Part shown: positions 1 to 13,765 of the stretch, piece by piece | How the letters are laid out: each line of letters begins with the position of its first letter | How positions within the stretch are numbered: position 1 is the stretch's first letter | Source: Schmidtea polychroa | Taxonomy: Eukaryota | Assembly (NCBI GenBank): GCA_044892525.1 | Contig: CM097885.1 | Coordinates: forward strand, 213,714,001-213,778,000 | Reading direction: 5' to 3' | DNA: 64,000 nt | Notes under the pieces: generated by a model | What the model was told of the DNA's origin: nothing | What the model saw: the letters and a program-made list of their open reading frames with translations, nothing else | Databases searched by the model: none | Position numbers and translations under genes: made by a program

Positions 1-169
1 ATATCTGTGTAACGGCTTTCTTATTGAATCATCTTATAAAAAAATTAATTGAGGTTTTTGATGATATGTATCTTAAATGCAAATTTAAAGATAAAATGTC
101 ATTTTTTTCGCGGAACACGGGTTGAGAACCACTGCAATAAATTAAAGAGCGTAATAACGCCAATTGTTA

Positions 170-360
170 TGACTATCAAAATAATTCATAGAACTTTCAA
201 CATTGGAGATAAAGTATTAGTTAAAATAGATTTACGAAAAAAGATGATAATCTATACAGAGGCCCCATTTGAATAACAAAGAAAATACATGAAAAGTTAT
301 GAAATGTTTGATAATTCAGGTTCTACGATCACTCGGAATATTGAACGGTTAAGTGGGGGA
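170..360 (+). mobile_element. Degenerate 3' end of a Ty3/gypsy pol (integrase C-terminal GPF module) followed by a polypurine tract
   Basis: Frameshifted translation HRTFNIGDKVLVK...(Y)RGPF.I...TITRNIERL resembles the C-terminus of the intact pol at 26118 (RCFTVGEKVLVR...YEGPFVI...RRIEWL). Purine run aagtggggga at ~351-360. Confidence 0.65.
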
Positions 361-2151
361 TATAAGTAATCTAATTATTAAATGACCTAATTAATAATTA
401 TCGTGAATGGTTTGATGCGTGTGTGTAATTTATTGTATTCCTGAAACATGTTTCATATTTCATGTTCATTATTACATTATAGTCTTCGACCATAACGATA
501 TAAATACTTGAACTGTTATGTCATAAAATAGATATTAGAAAATTCTAAGCTTTAATTTATTTAAAATACATTATGGTAATACTGAAATTCTTGATTCCAT
601 ACCTATGAGGTTAAAGTGTCCAACAAATACAAATCTATTATATTAAAATGCAGTCTTAGAACATATTTACATTGATGTAAATAAATTTCATCAGAGCCGC
701 AGCACCTTTGATCTGTTTTCTTTTTTTGATGATATTTCATTTATTTTTATTCTGACAGAAGATCAAAAAAAACATTCTACGCGATACAAATGTTCGGTTT
801 TGCCTCTATCAGATGTTATTAACTTGAAAAATTAACACTCGATAAAAGCAAACACAACAATTTGTTTTACACAGAATTAAAATTTCTATCTTTTGTAAAA
901 ATGAAAATAAATGAAATATTATCATAATTATTATACTAAAATATAATTTTATAAAATTATGTGAATTTAAACAATATTAATAAAATCTCTAAAAATACTG
1001 AACAGTTTACCAAATTTCCTCTATAAAGGTCGAATCAACAGAAAGGCTTGTAGAAGAAAAAATTAAAGAAGCCCAGGAAATAAATTTTATGACTGAAAAT
1101 GTAAATTAGACTTCCTTTCTTAGGGTATGAGTCCTATCAGATGTTTTGTCTTTGTTCTATAGATATAAACGTTCAAACAAATGAAATGATGTCAATTGGT
1201 TGGTCAACAAGAAAGGCTAAAAATTATGTAAATTCTAAAACTATAATTACTGACACAACTTATAATCATCTTTCCATACAGAATAATGTTAATTATGTTA
1301 TGCATGTGCAAGGAAATTTTGAGAATGCAGATTACAGATTAGTCTGATTTGATAATCGTTGCAAACCTTTCGATATAACATCGATAAATCACACAGATCA
1401 ATATCTGAAACCTGTCTATGATGTCACATCTTCAGTTCCTAAAAGGGATCTAAGTAGACAATCAGAGCAGAGTGATATGGTTGATGAATCTAAATTTAAA
1501 ATTACACTATATGGTGCTATATGACTTCGAAGAGACCAAAACTCAATCCGGGTTGATGAACGGATTGAACAATATGGTCAAAATTGTGAACCAACAATGT
1601 TTAATTTAATAAAGTTTATTAAGAGAGCAAACACATATTATACCTGATAATAATTAAACGGATAGTTTTACTAGTATAATTTATGAATAAATTATCAATT
1701 ATTTAACAAACTTAGTTTTTACTATAAGTCAAGAGGATTTTATTAAAAATATTCAACNNNNNNNNNNNNNNNNNNNNNNNNNNNNNNNNNNNNNNNNNNN
1801 NNNNNNNNNNNNNNNNNNNNNNNNNNNNNNNNNNNNNNNNNNNNNNNNNNNNNNNNNNNNNNNNNNNNNNNNNNNNNNNNNNNNNNNNNNNNNNNNNNNN
1901 NNNNNNNNNNNNNNNNNNNNNNNNNNNNNNNNNNNNNNNNNNNNNNNNNNNNNNNNNNNNNNNNNNNNNNNNNNNNNNNNNNNNNNNNNNNNNNNNNNNN
2001 NNNNNNNNNNNNNNNNNNNNNNNNNNNNGATTGGAAGTCAATAACAATAAAATATTAAAATATTACGTTTAATGGTTTTAAAATAAATATTATATTTGTA
2101 GATTATATGTTTCTCTCAATACAATGCGCATTAATGTTGTGTCTCTCATAG

Positions 2152-2211
2152 ATTCGCTGACTCCTGGCTATTTATTCAGTTTCCATCATCATCCTTATTG
2201 TACTCCTAAAG
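2152..2211 (+). CDS. Candidate 60-bp internal exon (DSLTPGYLFSFHHHPYCTPK), possibly an upstream TTC17-like exon
   Basis: Flanked by ctcatag| and |gtacaa, symmetric phase 1, open frame. The gene assignment is a guess. Confidence 0.3.
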
Positions 2212-2606
2212 GTACAAATTTCCTGCGACAAATAGTTGATAAATACAAAGTAAGAGAATAAATATATTTACTAACTTACTCTAAACAAGAATTACCAATA
2301 CAATTTATCATTTATTATTATTACGTTTATGGCAGCCATTTTGAATTTTTTTGAGTGAATTAAAGTTCAACTACAAAATGGTGTTTTTACTATACATATT
2401 TTATTTGAAATTATTTAATATATTCGGACCGAATTTTATCAATTTGGGTCGAATTGAAGATAAAATGGAAATTTTCACAGTAAATTTCTCTTAATTTCAA
2501 ATTATTGTTGTTACACTCCCGCCATTGATTATTGCACTGTTAATATTTCTGAATTTTAATCAAATTATTATTATTTATTAACTAGATTAAAAATTTGATA
2601 TATTAC

Positions 2607-3100
2607 TAGTGTATCCAAATACTCGATTATTTTGCTATCCGGGTAATCGAGTAGTTTTATTTTTTAATACCCGTGTATTAAGCAAAATAAAAAAACCACA
2701 TAGTATTTTTAGAAAAAAAGGATGCATTTAAATAGTTCATTTTTTATTTAAAAAAAATATCTAAGAAATACTAGTCTATCTAAGATTTCCACTTTTAATT
2801 GATTGCGAACCTTAGTTAAAAAGCTAGATGCTACTGAAAAAACTCTTTCACTCGATGTTGCGGTTGGTTGAATGGTAAGTAAAGCCTGGTATAATTTTTC
2901 TGTATGAAATCCCCTTTTCCCACGATTTAGTTCGATCAGCTTTAGTTCCTTTTCCAACTATGACATTCTGCTGCCCTCTTGTGGGACCGCCATAATCGAA
3001 TTGATGGTTTTTTGCATTTCATCCAAAGTAGACACTTCAGGTTCTGAATCAGCTTCTTCTCTGTTTTCAATTTCAACTTGATTATCAAATGCACAAAACA
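2607..3100 (-). mobile_element. hAT transposon 3' remnant (C-terminal dimerisation domain plus probable terminus)
   Basis: ORF 2748-2957 LYQALLTIQPTATSSERVFSVAS...RNQL matches the hAT C-terminal S/A-ERxFS motif. A TAGTG-type terminus (tagtgtatcc) lies at 2607. Confidence 0.8.
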
Positions 3101-3469
3101 ATCTTTCAATTGTCTCCTTTGCTAATGACTTTACTGAATACTTTGAAGAATACGTGAAATAGTTATTAGTCTGCGAATTACCAGCCTAATATTACCAGCC
3201 TAATTAATAAGTATCGTTGAAATTATTGATAATTTTTTTATAATATAAAAATTCCTTCTAAAATATTGTAAAATTTATTTAAATATTTTGAATATTTTAT
3301 TAGAAATTGAAATAGGAATTTAGGATTTGATTTAGAAATTGACCTCAATGTTTTATTTAAAATTTTTAACCTTTCGTTCATCTTTAAGAAAATAAATGGT
3401 TTCGAGTTTTTCAGGATATATACTAAATGTGATTATTTTTCAAAATACTTTTTCTGTATTAGAAATATA

Positions 3470-4420
3470 ACGGTCCACACACATTTGGTATAATAAAAAT
3501 TTGGTATAAAAAAATTTTGGTATAAAAAGTTTTCATATAAAAAAATTTCGTTTAAAAAAATAAATTTCATATCAAAATGTGTCAAATAAAAAAGTTTTAA
3601 TTTTCATATAAAATAATTTTAAACAAAACTACCCTATGTTGACTTTAACTAAAACCAATAAGAGTAATAAAAGGCTGTCTCAGCCCGTAGAACTAATAAT
3701 GTTGTCAAAAGGGTTTGCATACTAAATTCCAATCATTAATTTCAACCAAAAATGCAACGATTTGGAAATTTTTGGAGTTCATTAAAATGATGAGAAGGAT
3801 AACGAGATTATAATCGCGCAAATACTTGGTGGATATCGCAATATTCGCCATCTCATAAAAAAAGATTTCTAATCAAAAATCAAAGAATTTATTACTTTGT
3901 TATGACGTACGAAGAATAGAAAAGAAATTGGTAGGTGCCAGTTTATCTTCACATGATCGGGAGACTTTTGAAGAACAATTTCGCGTTTACACCCAAACCT
4001 GTAGAAGATATTTCGAATGTGAATTAAATTATAATTTTTTTTTAAACGAAATTTTTTTATACCAAATGTCTAGGTACCAATATAACATTACGTAATAAAA
4101 AACAATAAAAGCTTCTACGTCGTGGAAAAGTTAACGAAATTCTAACCGAAGCGAATATGGGAAATGAAGATCTACGTTTCTCATTTTTAAAATCCGTATG
4201 AATTTGACACAAGTGCAATAAGAATATATTTTGCACTGCGGCATAAATCAACAATTCAATTTGTAAATTCAAAGAAAGAAAACTCTATCTTATTTACAAT
4301 GAAGTAGTAGGCCACGCATTGATGATTTCACAATGTAGATAGCATTTGACGATGTTATACAGCTTAAAAATAAAACAGATTATGGTAAGAGCTTAATAAT
4401 GTAAATGTAATAGCAAGAAT
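3470..4420 (-). mobile_element. Decayed MULE/Mutator-like transposase fragment with a tandem-repeat subterminal region
   Basis: ORF 4057-4272 contains LIYAAVQNIF..LHLCQI, resembling the MULE A.IN.AV..VFP..C.FHLCQ motif. Short tandem aattt(t)ggtataaaaa repeats at 3480-3620. Confidence 0.45.
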
Positions 4421-7071
4421 TGTAATAAATACAGTATAATGAAATATTTATTGTCATTGAAGCGATACAAAATGCCCACGAATTATGAGCAGGGTAAACC
4501 GTTTTCATTGAGAGGTTGACGGGTAAGGGTTAGGGTCCTAATTTCACAAATAATAATTTTAACAATATCGTGTACTTAATATGTCATATTGTACCGACAA
4601 AAAAATTTAACATACCAAATGAAAAAATAAGTATTTTATTGAAAAAATGAATTTAAATATTAAGTTTCTCACAGTTAATAGAACATTCAAAAGTTAGTTT
4701 TCAACAAGCTAGTTCAAGTAACAGCTAAATACATGAGTTTTGTATCTGAAGCGCCACTGGAAGACCGATAAGTATCTGGGAAATATATTCTGACTTATTT
4801 AATTTTGGTATCTCAGTGTGTATTTCTGAATGATTATGATCTACAGCGTTGTGCGCATGAAAAACAACTTACTGAATACTTCCACATTCCAACCACCCAG
4901 GTACCCACCCTGAATCGACTTTGGTGAAGCTTGCAGTGGAACTGGTAGGACTCATCAATTTCAACGCAAGTCTCCTGATCATAGCGTCAAACCTAGCAAG
5001 TAGTGACATTAAATTTGAAAGTTTTTGTAATTCCCTATTGTGTACCAATTATCAAAGTTCTCAAACAGCATGACATTTATTGATACATTACCACAGTAAT
5101 ACATTACCACAAAAATTGTTTCAGTTTTTATACAGATGTTAGATGATGAGGGCAGGTCTATCACTACATTTACCCTAGATAAGTATTATAGAACGGGGCC
5201 AAACAAGTATAGGGTCAATGTGTTCGCCGAAGAACGAAATTAGATCTCTCGCAATCCAATGTAAATAAAACTATATATCTATCAATCCAATTCAACAATC
5301 CAATTTCACAAAGAATAACTTTCAACATCTACTGTGTATATATAATTCGAACTCTATTCTATTGACATTTATGTTATTATTGACTATTCTTGATATTTAA
5401 GTTGATCCTTTATATGTGACTATTCTTACTTATTTTATTCTTTTATTGGTGTATATATGGATTATTTTATTCTATTTTGTAGCTTGCTAATATATCTTTC
5501 CGTATACATATTTAATATTTATTTTACAAAGGGGTAAAATTAATGAGTATAAAAAAAATAATTCTAATAAAAATGGGGCTAAACAAATAAAAACAAATAT
5601 TAATTAAATATAATATTATAACTTATTAGTATAAGAAAATATTTTTAGTATATAACAGTATATTAATTAATATTATAAATCTTTTTAATATTATAAAACA
5701 TGTAAGTATATGAATAGCAGATGGTATCAAATAACAAAACAGATGGTAAAAATATTATAATAAAATATTAATATTATAAATATTATTCCGTGTGTATAAG
5801 CCGGAAATTAAAATATATTTTTTATTAACTTCAGAATAGTATAAATACTCCAGCAAAGTTTAGTTAGTTCGCCCAAAATTTCTTAATAAGCTCCTCAATC
5901 TTGAAGAGGTAATCTCTACGAGATTTTAAATTAAGACAGAACAAAAAAGTCTACCAGAAGATTTTTCGCATTTGATCATATAACACGCAACATAACATTC
6001 AAACAAAAAATATAACACGCATCTATTTCTTTTTGATCAGCGAATTTTGGAAAAGCTCGAAAGACAATTTGTGTATAATTAAAAGGTAAATTTTTATTAT
6101 TAATAAAACTTTATTAAATAGTCTTATAGTTATTTTTATATAAGAACCAGTAAGTTGGGGTTTTAAAAAGTGAGACCTCAACACATAGTTTATCACTATG
6201 TTTAATAACTTTGTCAAAATGTTTAATAAATTTATTATCATTTCTCGGGGCAAAAATTAATTAAAAATTTATAAAATGTATAAAAAATTGATATCAGTCG
6301 GGGGAATGGGTATGATTAAACGCCAAATCATAAGATGAATCTAAAAACAATAATAAAAATTTAGTGGAGGGTCCCTAGAAAACTTTATAATAAAATAACA
6401 AACTAATTAAAAAATTAAAAGAATTTACCTCATATTGGGTAAATGCCGATAATCTTCAAATGAATTAAAATAATGTTGATCCAATATAGGATAATGCTTT
6501 TCAGAAAAGTATAAAAGGAAAAACTGAAAAGAGACGAGAAGCCAGTTTGTCAAATAAACGAAATCAGAGGGTGTGAACTAAAATCCAAGATACCTAAAGA
6601 AAGAAAATAATTGAAGTAAGGCTAGAGAAAATTATAAATTATCGTATCAGAAAAGGTGATTACCCCTTGGACAACTTACCTTACGATAAGGATTGTCTAT
6701 GAAAGAAAGGTACAAGTTGAGTGACTAATTGTAATTGTGATAAAGTGGTTTTGTGTTGGGTTTTAGCTATTTGATTGGAAAAGGACACGAGGATTCAGAA
6801 ACTTACCGACTTGTTAAATAATAACCCAACAGATATTTTTAAATTATCATTCATGGTACATTCCCCCGAAATTCTCAAGAATCATCATTCCTAAGTCTTA
6901 TATCTGTTTTATTTTCAAAATGTACTTATTCCTTTTGTATGCATATTTTGTATGCACTTTTTCATGCTTAAATATGAATGTGACCTAGATATCAAAGTAT
7001 ATGTATGTTTTGTGTTTTATTTGTTTGTATTAGTCATAATTTAATTAACGGATAAACGGCGATTTCATCCA

Positions 7072-7550
7072 TCAGCAATGTCTTATATAAATTGATACTA
7101 AAGAGGACATATTGAAGATAACACATATAGCTCGAAATATCAGCTGCTCATCAGATAGGGTTGTGAAATTCTTAGTTCTAAGAGAAAGGTGATTTCTTGC
7201 CATAAAATCCGATATTAAATTGCCCGTTGCTTTTAAAACAATATTATTCTGCTCAGCCAAGGATATAGAGTACTATCAGATATTTAAACTTTATTTTCAT
7301 TATTCTTAGCTCAATTATTTCATTCACCGAAATCTCATCAAGAGAGCCAAGCGATGTCTTTCTCCCACAACCAATTACTCTTATCATCGATGAGGACTGT
7401 TTTTGAATATTTTTTCTATTCAAAATTCATTGTTGGAACATAGATTCACTTTAATCGTATCTATCTCTCTCACTGAAGAATTTTCTAGCCTTGTAACAAG
7501 AGTTTCCTTGTTCCATGTATTCAATGACTTCTTTTTTGAATGCTGTTTTT
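7072..7550 (-). mobile_element. pogo-type transposase N-terminal remnant (Brinker DBD-like plus CENP-B HTH)
   Basis: Decayed translation TAFKKEVIEYMEQGNS..ARKF...GCGRK...LKATGNLISDFMARNHLSLRT fits the pogo pattern YTAAFKLEVIE...GRK...FKAS.GW...FM.R..LSLR. Confidence 0.7.
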
Positions 7551-8102
7551 CCAAAATAAGACAAAATGGCTATTTTAATATAATCAAATTAAAAATTTTT
7601 AATCAATGGTCATACTATTTTGGTAGTCATACGATTTGCCGATATCCATTATTTGAAACACTTCTTTATAAGCTATTTATTATTATTATTGATTGTCAAT
7701 AGTTTTATGGCTCAAAACACGTTCTTCCTATAACGCTTTTAGATGAGAACCCATATAAAATGTCTTTTCTCTAAATAACAGTTAACACAGTTTTTTTTTG
7801 AAATGCAGTCACAATTTTCCTTATTAAAATAAAAATGATACCGACATTGTAACAATNNNNNNNNNNNNNNNNNNNNNNNNNNNNNNNNNNNNNNNNNNNN
7901 NNNNNNNNNNNNNNNNNNNNNNNNNNNNNNNNNNNNNNNNNNNNNNNNNNNNNNNNNNNNNNNNNNNNNNNNNNNNNNNNNNNNNNNNNNNNNNNNNNNN
8001 NNNNNNNNNNNNNNNNNNNNNNNNNNNNNNNNNNNNNNNNNNNNNNNNNNNNNNNNNNNNNNNNNNNNNNNNNNNNNNNTGATAGCAGCATTTATTATTA
8101 AA

Positions 8103-8252
8103 AACAATAAAGTGATAATATAAGCATTTTGCTGCGAATAATGTATTTAATGAAAACATTTTCGACTATAAGACAAAGACTATCTTATAGTCGAAAATCT
8201 TTTCATTAAATTCATTATTCGCAGCAAAGGCTTATATTATCACTTTATTGTT
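8103..8252. repeat. ~150-bp imperfect palindrome (~70-bp arms, 9-bp spacer)
   Basis: Arm 8103-8173 is the reverse complement of 8183-8252 with ~4 differences. A related copy lies at ~60788-60907. Confidence 0.85.
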
Positions 8253-8884
8253 ATTATTATTATTATGTGATGATTTCTTGGTATTATTATTATTAATTTT
8301 TTTACAATTGTACGTAACTTATGAAAATTTTGTTTTACTGTTCAAGTAGACATTATAATTTCATTGAAACTAACAATTAATTTGGAATTCCAATTTTTTT
8401 TGGAAATCGTCTAAAGTCATGTCTCTGTTTATTAGATCTCCCAGGAGTCCACGGCCATAAAATATGCGCTTTATGCTCAGGCATCATTGACTGTTTTAAT
8501 TTCTGTTTAATTCTGAGCTCATAGAGATAATTAAATGATAATGATAACATTTGATGTTAAAAGTTTCTATAATGATCGCTAAACTAAAATTTTTATTTGA
8601 CATAAACTTCAAATTTTACTTTATCTAATTGTAATTTATTTGTTTAAATATGTAAGTGGTTGAATAAAATTTTGAATTCTTAAATGTGTTAGTAAATTTA
8701 TCATAAGTCGTTTTTATAACCAGCTTAAACGGTACATGCTTATACTTACATGCAGGTACAACTTTGGTGTTGAAAACAATTTGCGAAGTAAAAAATGAAA
8801 AGGACTGTAAAGCAATACAAACACTGACAGAGAATGAGAAAAACGAACATGAAAACTTAATTTCACAAATACTAGTAAATATAG

Positions 8885-9790
8885 AGTTAGATATCTGAAT
8901 TTCTTTAAATAAGTGAGTTGGCACGTTTTTGTGGAAAATTAAAAACTTGTTGTATAATAATAAATTTATGTCAGATTTGAAGATTCTTAAAACCGAGTTG
9001 GATTTAACTGGCGACCACACCGAAAATCAGAACATCAATGCAATTTCGAAATCTACAAAATCGCTAATGGAATGCCTACTGAAATCATGCCAAGACATAC
9101 TCACACTAAATATTAGATGATATAATGGACGAAGTTTAAAAGAAGCCGAAGAATGGATCAGGGATATAGAAGAATGGCTGCTGACAAATGGACAGCGATT
9201 GACAAGCACTTTCGATGTGTTATTGGTGGCAGAAGCAAAGACATTGTGAGAAACGTCAGAGAAACAGACACAACAGATGTGAAAGCCAAAGCGTGGTTCT
9301 TACATACGTTCACAATTATAAAATCAATAACTGACAAAATCAGAGAATTGGCAGCTATGGAACAGGAAGATGATGAACTCTTTGCAGCTTTTTAGTTACG
9401 TATAAGGAAAGCTTTAGCTGAAGTTGTAAATTCAGGACGATCAGAAGAAGATATTCTTTAAGACCTCGTCGCAAATAAAGCACGCGATGCGAGACTGCGG
9501 GAGATACTATTGACGAAACCAGAAACAAAAATTGAAGAAACGAGATCATTGGCGAAAATTTTTGAAAGTAACAAAAATGGAAAGAATAAAATGGAATTTA
9601 TTAAAGCAACTGGTCAAAGAACATACGCTATCGTGACTGATGGAGGGAAGATGAGAATTCCAAAGAATACCCAAGATCCCATGTCTAAATCACCACAAAG
9701 AAGACTAATTAGGTATTTTAAATTAATATAAATAGCAGTACAAAGTTTAGCAAACGGAGGAACAATAGACTTATACGACATACCAGCTCG
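8885..9790 (+). mobile_element. Truncated Ty3/gypsy relative of the 25987-30562 element: ~125-bp 5' LTR, PBS and decayed gag
   Basis: AGTTAG...TTAACT (8885-9009) is followed by TGGCGACCAC. The reading MSDLKILKTELDLTGDHTENQNINAI...EAEEWI...TDKIRELA..EQ aligns with the intact gag MNLEVEDIITGDHAKEINAI...EAELWL...TNKIVELAQIQQ. Confidence 0.85.
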
Positions 9791-10474
9791 GTAAAAATTT
9801 CATATCGACAAGTAATTTCGATCACGAATTCACACAAGCTAGTTCAATCAGCGACAGATAAATCAATAACTGTGTAAAAAATATTCAAATTGATCTAAGT
9901 TTTGTTAAAATTGAGAAAGAGCAAACTTGGAATTTTTTCGCGAGATAATTGCATTTTCGATTTGACCATAACCATTTCTGGTTTTACAGAGGACATTTAG
10001 AAATCCGAATAGATAATTAGTTAGAAAATTTCTGTTTATATTTTATAAATTGAAAGGGTTAAGTCATCAGCAAACATTTTTGTAGCTGTTTTTGGATTGT
10101 GCAAATGAACTATCAACCAATTTTCTGGGTTGATAGCATCGCGTTTAAATCTCGGGAAAATCTCTTATCTTGTCCTGTCACCTGTATCGGGCTGTTGGCG
10201 CATTTAGGGCCAGCCTTGATTCTTAGAAGTAATCTTTAGGGCAGTTTGAATAACCGTTATCTTAACTTTAGCGTACAGCCAGTTTTGGGTTTTATTTATT
10301 TCGAATAGTTTTTGTAACATATATATCCATTTAGATTTAATAAATATTTAAAACCATATTTGTTATTTATTTATTTGCATAAAATCAATTACACGCTTTT
10401 CTACCAGTAAAATCTATTGGAGTCAGATTTAATACTGTGTTAGTTCGAGTAACTACCCATCGAAACTAACATTT

Positions 10475-12471
10475 TGGTGAGCCAGACGTGATAAAATTAT
10501 CAGCGGGTAGAATTTGAAATAAACAATATAGCGTTAGGAACTAGAGCTAGACTAAAACTTAATAATCAAATGACAGAAGAAGTTAATTTCAGTTAAATTC
10601 AGCGGCGATCCAAGAGAATTTCCAGAGTTTATGTCTGAGTATTAGCAGATGGCAATAGCATATGCCTATCCAGATAATATCATGATTCAAAGATTACCAA
10701 TATTTAATGATATAAAAATTTAATGATATAATAGCATTACAGTTGCTCAAGTACTGAAAACATGGGCCGAAATGAGAAAAGCAATGACTGCTCGAATATT
10801 GCCCGGAGATGCGGGAAGAATTTTTAAGCAACAATTTTATCATCGGAAACAGAATGCCAATGAACATGTGGGAGAATTTGCACACCAGCTATCATTAATT
10901 GCTGAAAGAGCATTTGGTCCAAAAGCCACATGGGCAAAGCCAACAGAATTGTTGGTCAAGGATCAGTTGAAAAACGCAATGAGAAACGCCTTGATACTGC
11001 ATACTAGTGATGATTTTGACGAATTGACCCGGAAAGCGGTCTTAATCGAAAGCAGCTTGGAAAAATCAACTATGTTCATAGTGAACAGCGAGAGGACACC
11101 TGTCGAGTGTTTCAATTGCCATAGAAAAGGTGATATAGCATAGGATTGTAGGAAAACGATGGACAATCGTAAACGTATTCAATGCACCAAGTGTGGACGG
11201 AAAAACCACAGTGCGGAAAATTGTAGAGTACAAAATTTGCAATGCGAAAAATGTAAGACTAGAAGTCCTCAAAACAGAAATAATTTTGGTACAATTAAAC
11301 GGGATGATATAAATTCACTCGGAAAAATAAAATGTCATGGATGTGGGAAATTTGGACATATGATGAGGTCATGTCCTCAAAATCTGAGTGGTAACACAGG
11401 CCAGTTCAATAAAAATACCGATAAGGGTAATGTGAACAAGTCTAAGACGATATTTATGGTTAACCAGGATCAAGGGTTAACTTAATTGCAACAACTAGAA
11501 ATGGAAATCCAAGAGGAAAAGAATAGGTTGGCTAGATTGACCGACCAAGAAGGTACCATCTTTATGGTACAAGTTGGAAGAGACGAAGTAAAATCTATTA
11601 GAAAAAAGGACTCTGTTAGAGAGGACCTTGAGGAAACGGGATCAGAGGATAGTTCCGATAATGAACCTAGTATGGCCATCATACTAAGCGAGTTCGACAT
11701 AACCTTGCCAGGGAAAGCAAAGGTAAAAGAAGGGTCAGATACCCTAACAAAATGTTTGTAACTGGTGGATTCCAGATATGAATACTAGCAGAAGCTGGCC
11801 AGACTATTAGAAAAATTGGGAGAAACAGAGATTAAAATTCATGAAATTGATACAGTAGTGAAACTGATATCGTAGGTTGAAGATGATTCAAAGTATCATA
11901 AAGACACATATAAAATCCTAAGGAAATTAGAAGAAATCATGGAGCATGAGTGGGATCTCCAAGATATATAAATATAAAACTCCCCCAGGATAAAGAGTAT
12001 AATCTCGATATAAATGTAAGATGTCGAGCCGATAAATTAACAGAGACATTGACAAGTACAAAGAATCAAGGATATGACTTGTACTTATGTGGAATAAAAT
12101 TAGAAGCAAACCAAACATTTCTACAGAACGGTATGCTCCCAGGCAGAGTGACAAAGCTCACAGCAAAGAGAGCACCGAAGCCAATTCTTGATTACTCAGA
12201 TGGAAATCGAGAGATTGGAGGAAACTCAACAATTAACCCAGCGGTTAGGGTTAGAATTACAAAAATCTCCACGAGACGGAGAAACCATAAAGGAAATACT
12301 AGACAAATACCAGTAGATTTGTTGGAAGCAATAAGTCCATATATACTACCAGTGGTAAAAGAAACAAGCCCATTCCAGACGCAAATCGAAGCGTTGATGA
12401 GAAGAAATTGGTCTGCATTTGTGAGATCCATAGGTGGTAATCCTGCTCACGCCGCCATTGGAGTGAATTGA
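10475..12471 (+). mobile_element. Decayed LTR-retrotransposon ORF1: PBS, gag capsid, 3-4 CCHC knuckles, acidic/helical region, ubiquitin-like domain; no pol seen
   Basis: ..AACA|ttt|TGGTGAGCCAG (tRNA-Arg-type PBS). KFSGDPREFPEF; FYHRKQNANEHVGEFAHQL; CFNCHRKGDIA*DC, CTKCGRKNHSAENC, CHGCGKFGHMMRSC. ORFs 10772, 11159 and 11486 share one frame. Confidence 0.8.
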
Positions 12472-13206
12472 ATAATAAGTCTATTTCAAAATTTTATATT
12501 TTTATTACATAAGTTTATTAAAACAATTTTCATAATATTAATTTCTTAATATTATTTCAACTTGCTTTTAAATGAATTAAAAAAATATTGATAAGCTTTA
12601 CCATCCAACTTTTGTGTGTTTTCTAGTTATAGATAATGTGAATTTAATTTCCAATAATATTTAACCTTTTAAGTGCGGTATTAAATTTCATAAAAAGTCA
12701 GGAAATGTGTCAATTATCCATAAAAAAAAGTTAAAGAAATAATTATGATTTGAAAATTTGAAACGAATAGAACGACCAAGTGAACATCATAGATTTCAGT
12801 ATATATTAAAAAATATTTCAACAAATAAAAAATTAGTTTGAACAAATAATTATACATTAATATGTTTTTATTTAATATTTTAAATCCTTTTATATATTTT
12901 GTGATAATAACTATTTGTTAAAAGGTTTTCATTTATTTTTTCGAATTTTTCCATTCATATTTTCATTTCTTCGGAAGTCTCTATATTATTCACTCTGGGG
13001 AGCAATGAAGACTTAATCAACTATTTTGTATTTTATTTTATTTTTATGATATTGTCTACTCATTTTTTATTTTAAAGCATTTTACTTTTACCAATTCTTG
13101 TTCCTTTAAATACTGATGGTTTATGAACATTCTTGTAATATCTCAGTTCTGGTTTCATTAATTGTTTTATTCAATGGCATTTACAAACCTATTGTATTAT
13201 GATCAT

Positions 13207-13765
13207 TAGGGTGGAGCTTAAAAAATAAAAAAAATAAAAAAATAATTTTTGAAAGTCTTACCCCCCTAATCTGTTCCTTATGGTATAGAAACACTGTATA
13301 AAAAGTTTAAGCAATAAATTTTTATGTTTAGAGGTAGCTCAAGTGCCTGAAATATGATAAAATTTTTGTAAATTCAACAAATTCTGATTCTATTTTATTT
13401 TTTTGCAAACTTCAGTGTTACACACATAGACATTAATAGTGAAATGTTTCTTTAGCTTCTGACACAAACAATCTGTAAATGTCCAGCAAACTTGAAATTA
13501 ACTGTTATTATGTAAACCCAGAGATGGCGGACAGAGTCTTTTTCCTGCTGTCGGGATACATTTTGCGATGGTCCTGGACAACTTGCAGCAAGAATTGAAG
13601 TTGTGTTTCATCACGGGTGATTAATTCCCTGTATTCCTGAATGAGGGCCACTCCACGCTCAGCATGGTCATTTACAACTTTTAGAGATGTAACTGTTTCT
13701 GCAGCTTGTTTGTAATCATCTCTGTCTCCCCACAAGTCTGGGTCAACTGCAAGAAATCCATCTGA
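13207..13765 (-). mobile_element. Inverted 559-bp 3'-end fragment of the hATm-like transposon
   Basis: Reverse complement of the 3' end of the 14877-17446 copy (from tcagatggatttc, ~16890), including the TIR TAGGGTGGAGCTTA. Encodes the transposase C-terminus (ORF 13508-13735). Confidence 0.97.

Noticed and set aside
13206-13211. TTAGGG telomere-like hexamers at 13206, 57526 and their complements
   Set aside because: Single copies formed by the last T of the TSD plus the TAGGG TIR start; not telomeric arrays.
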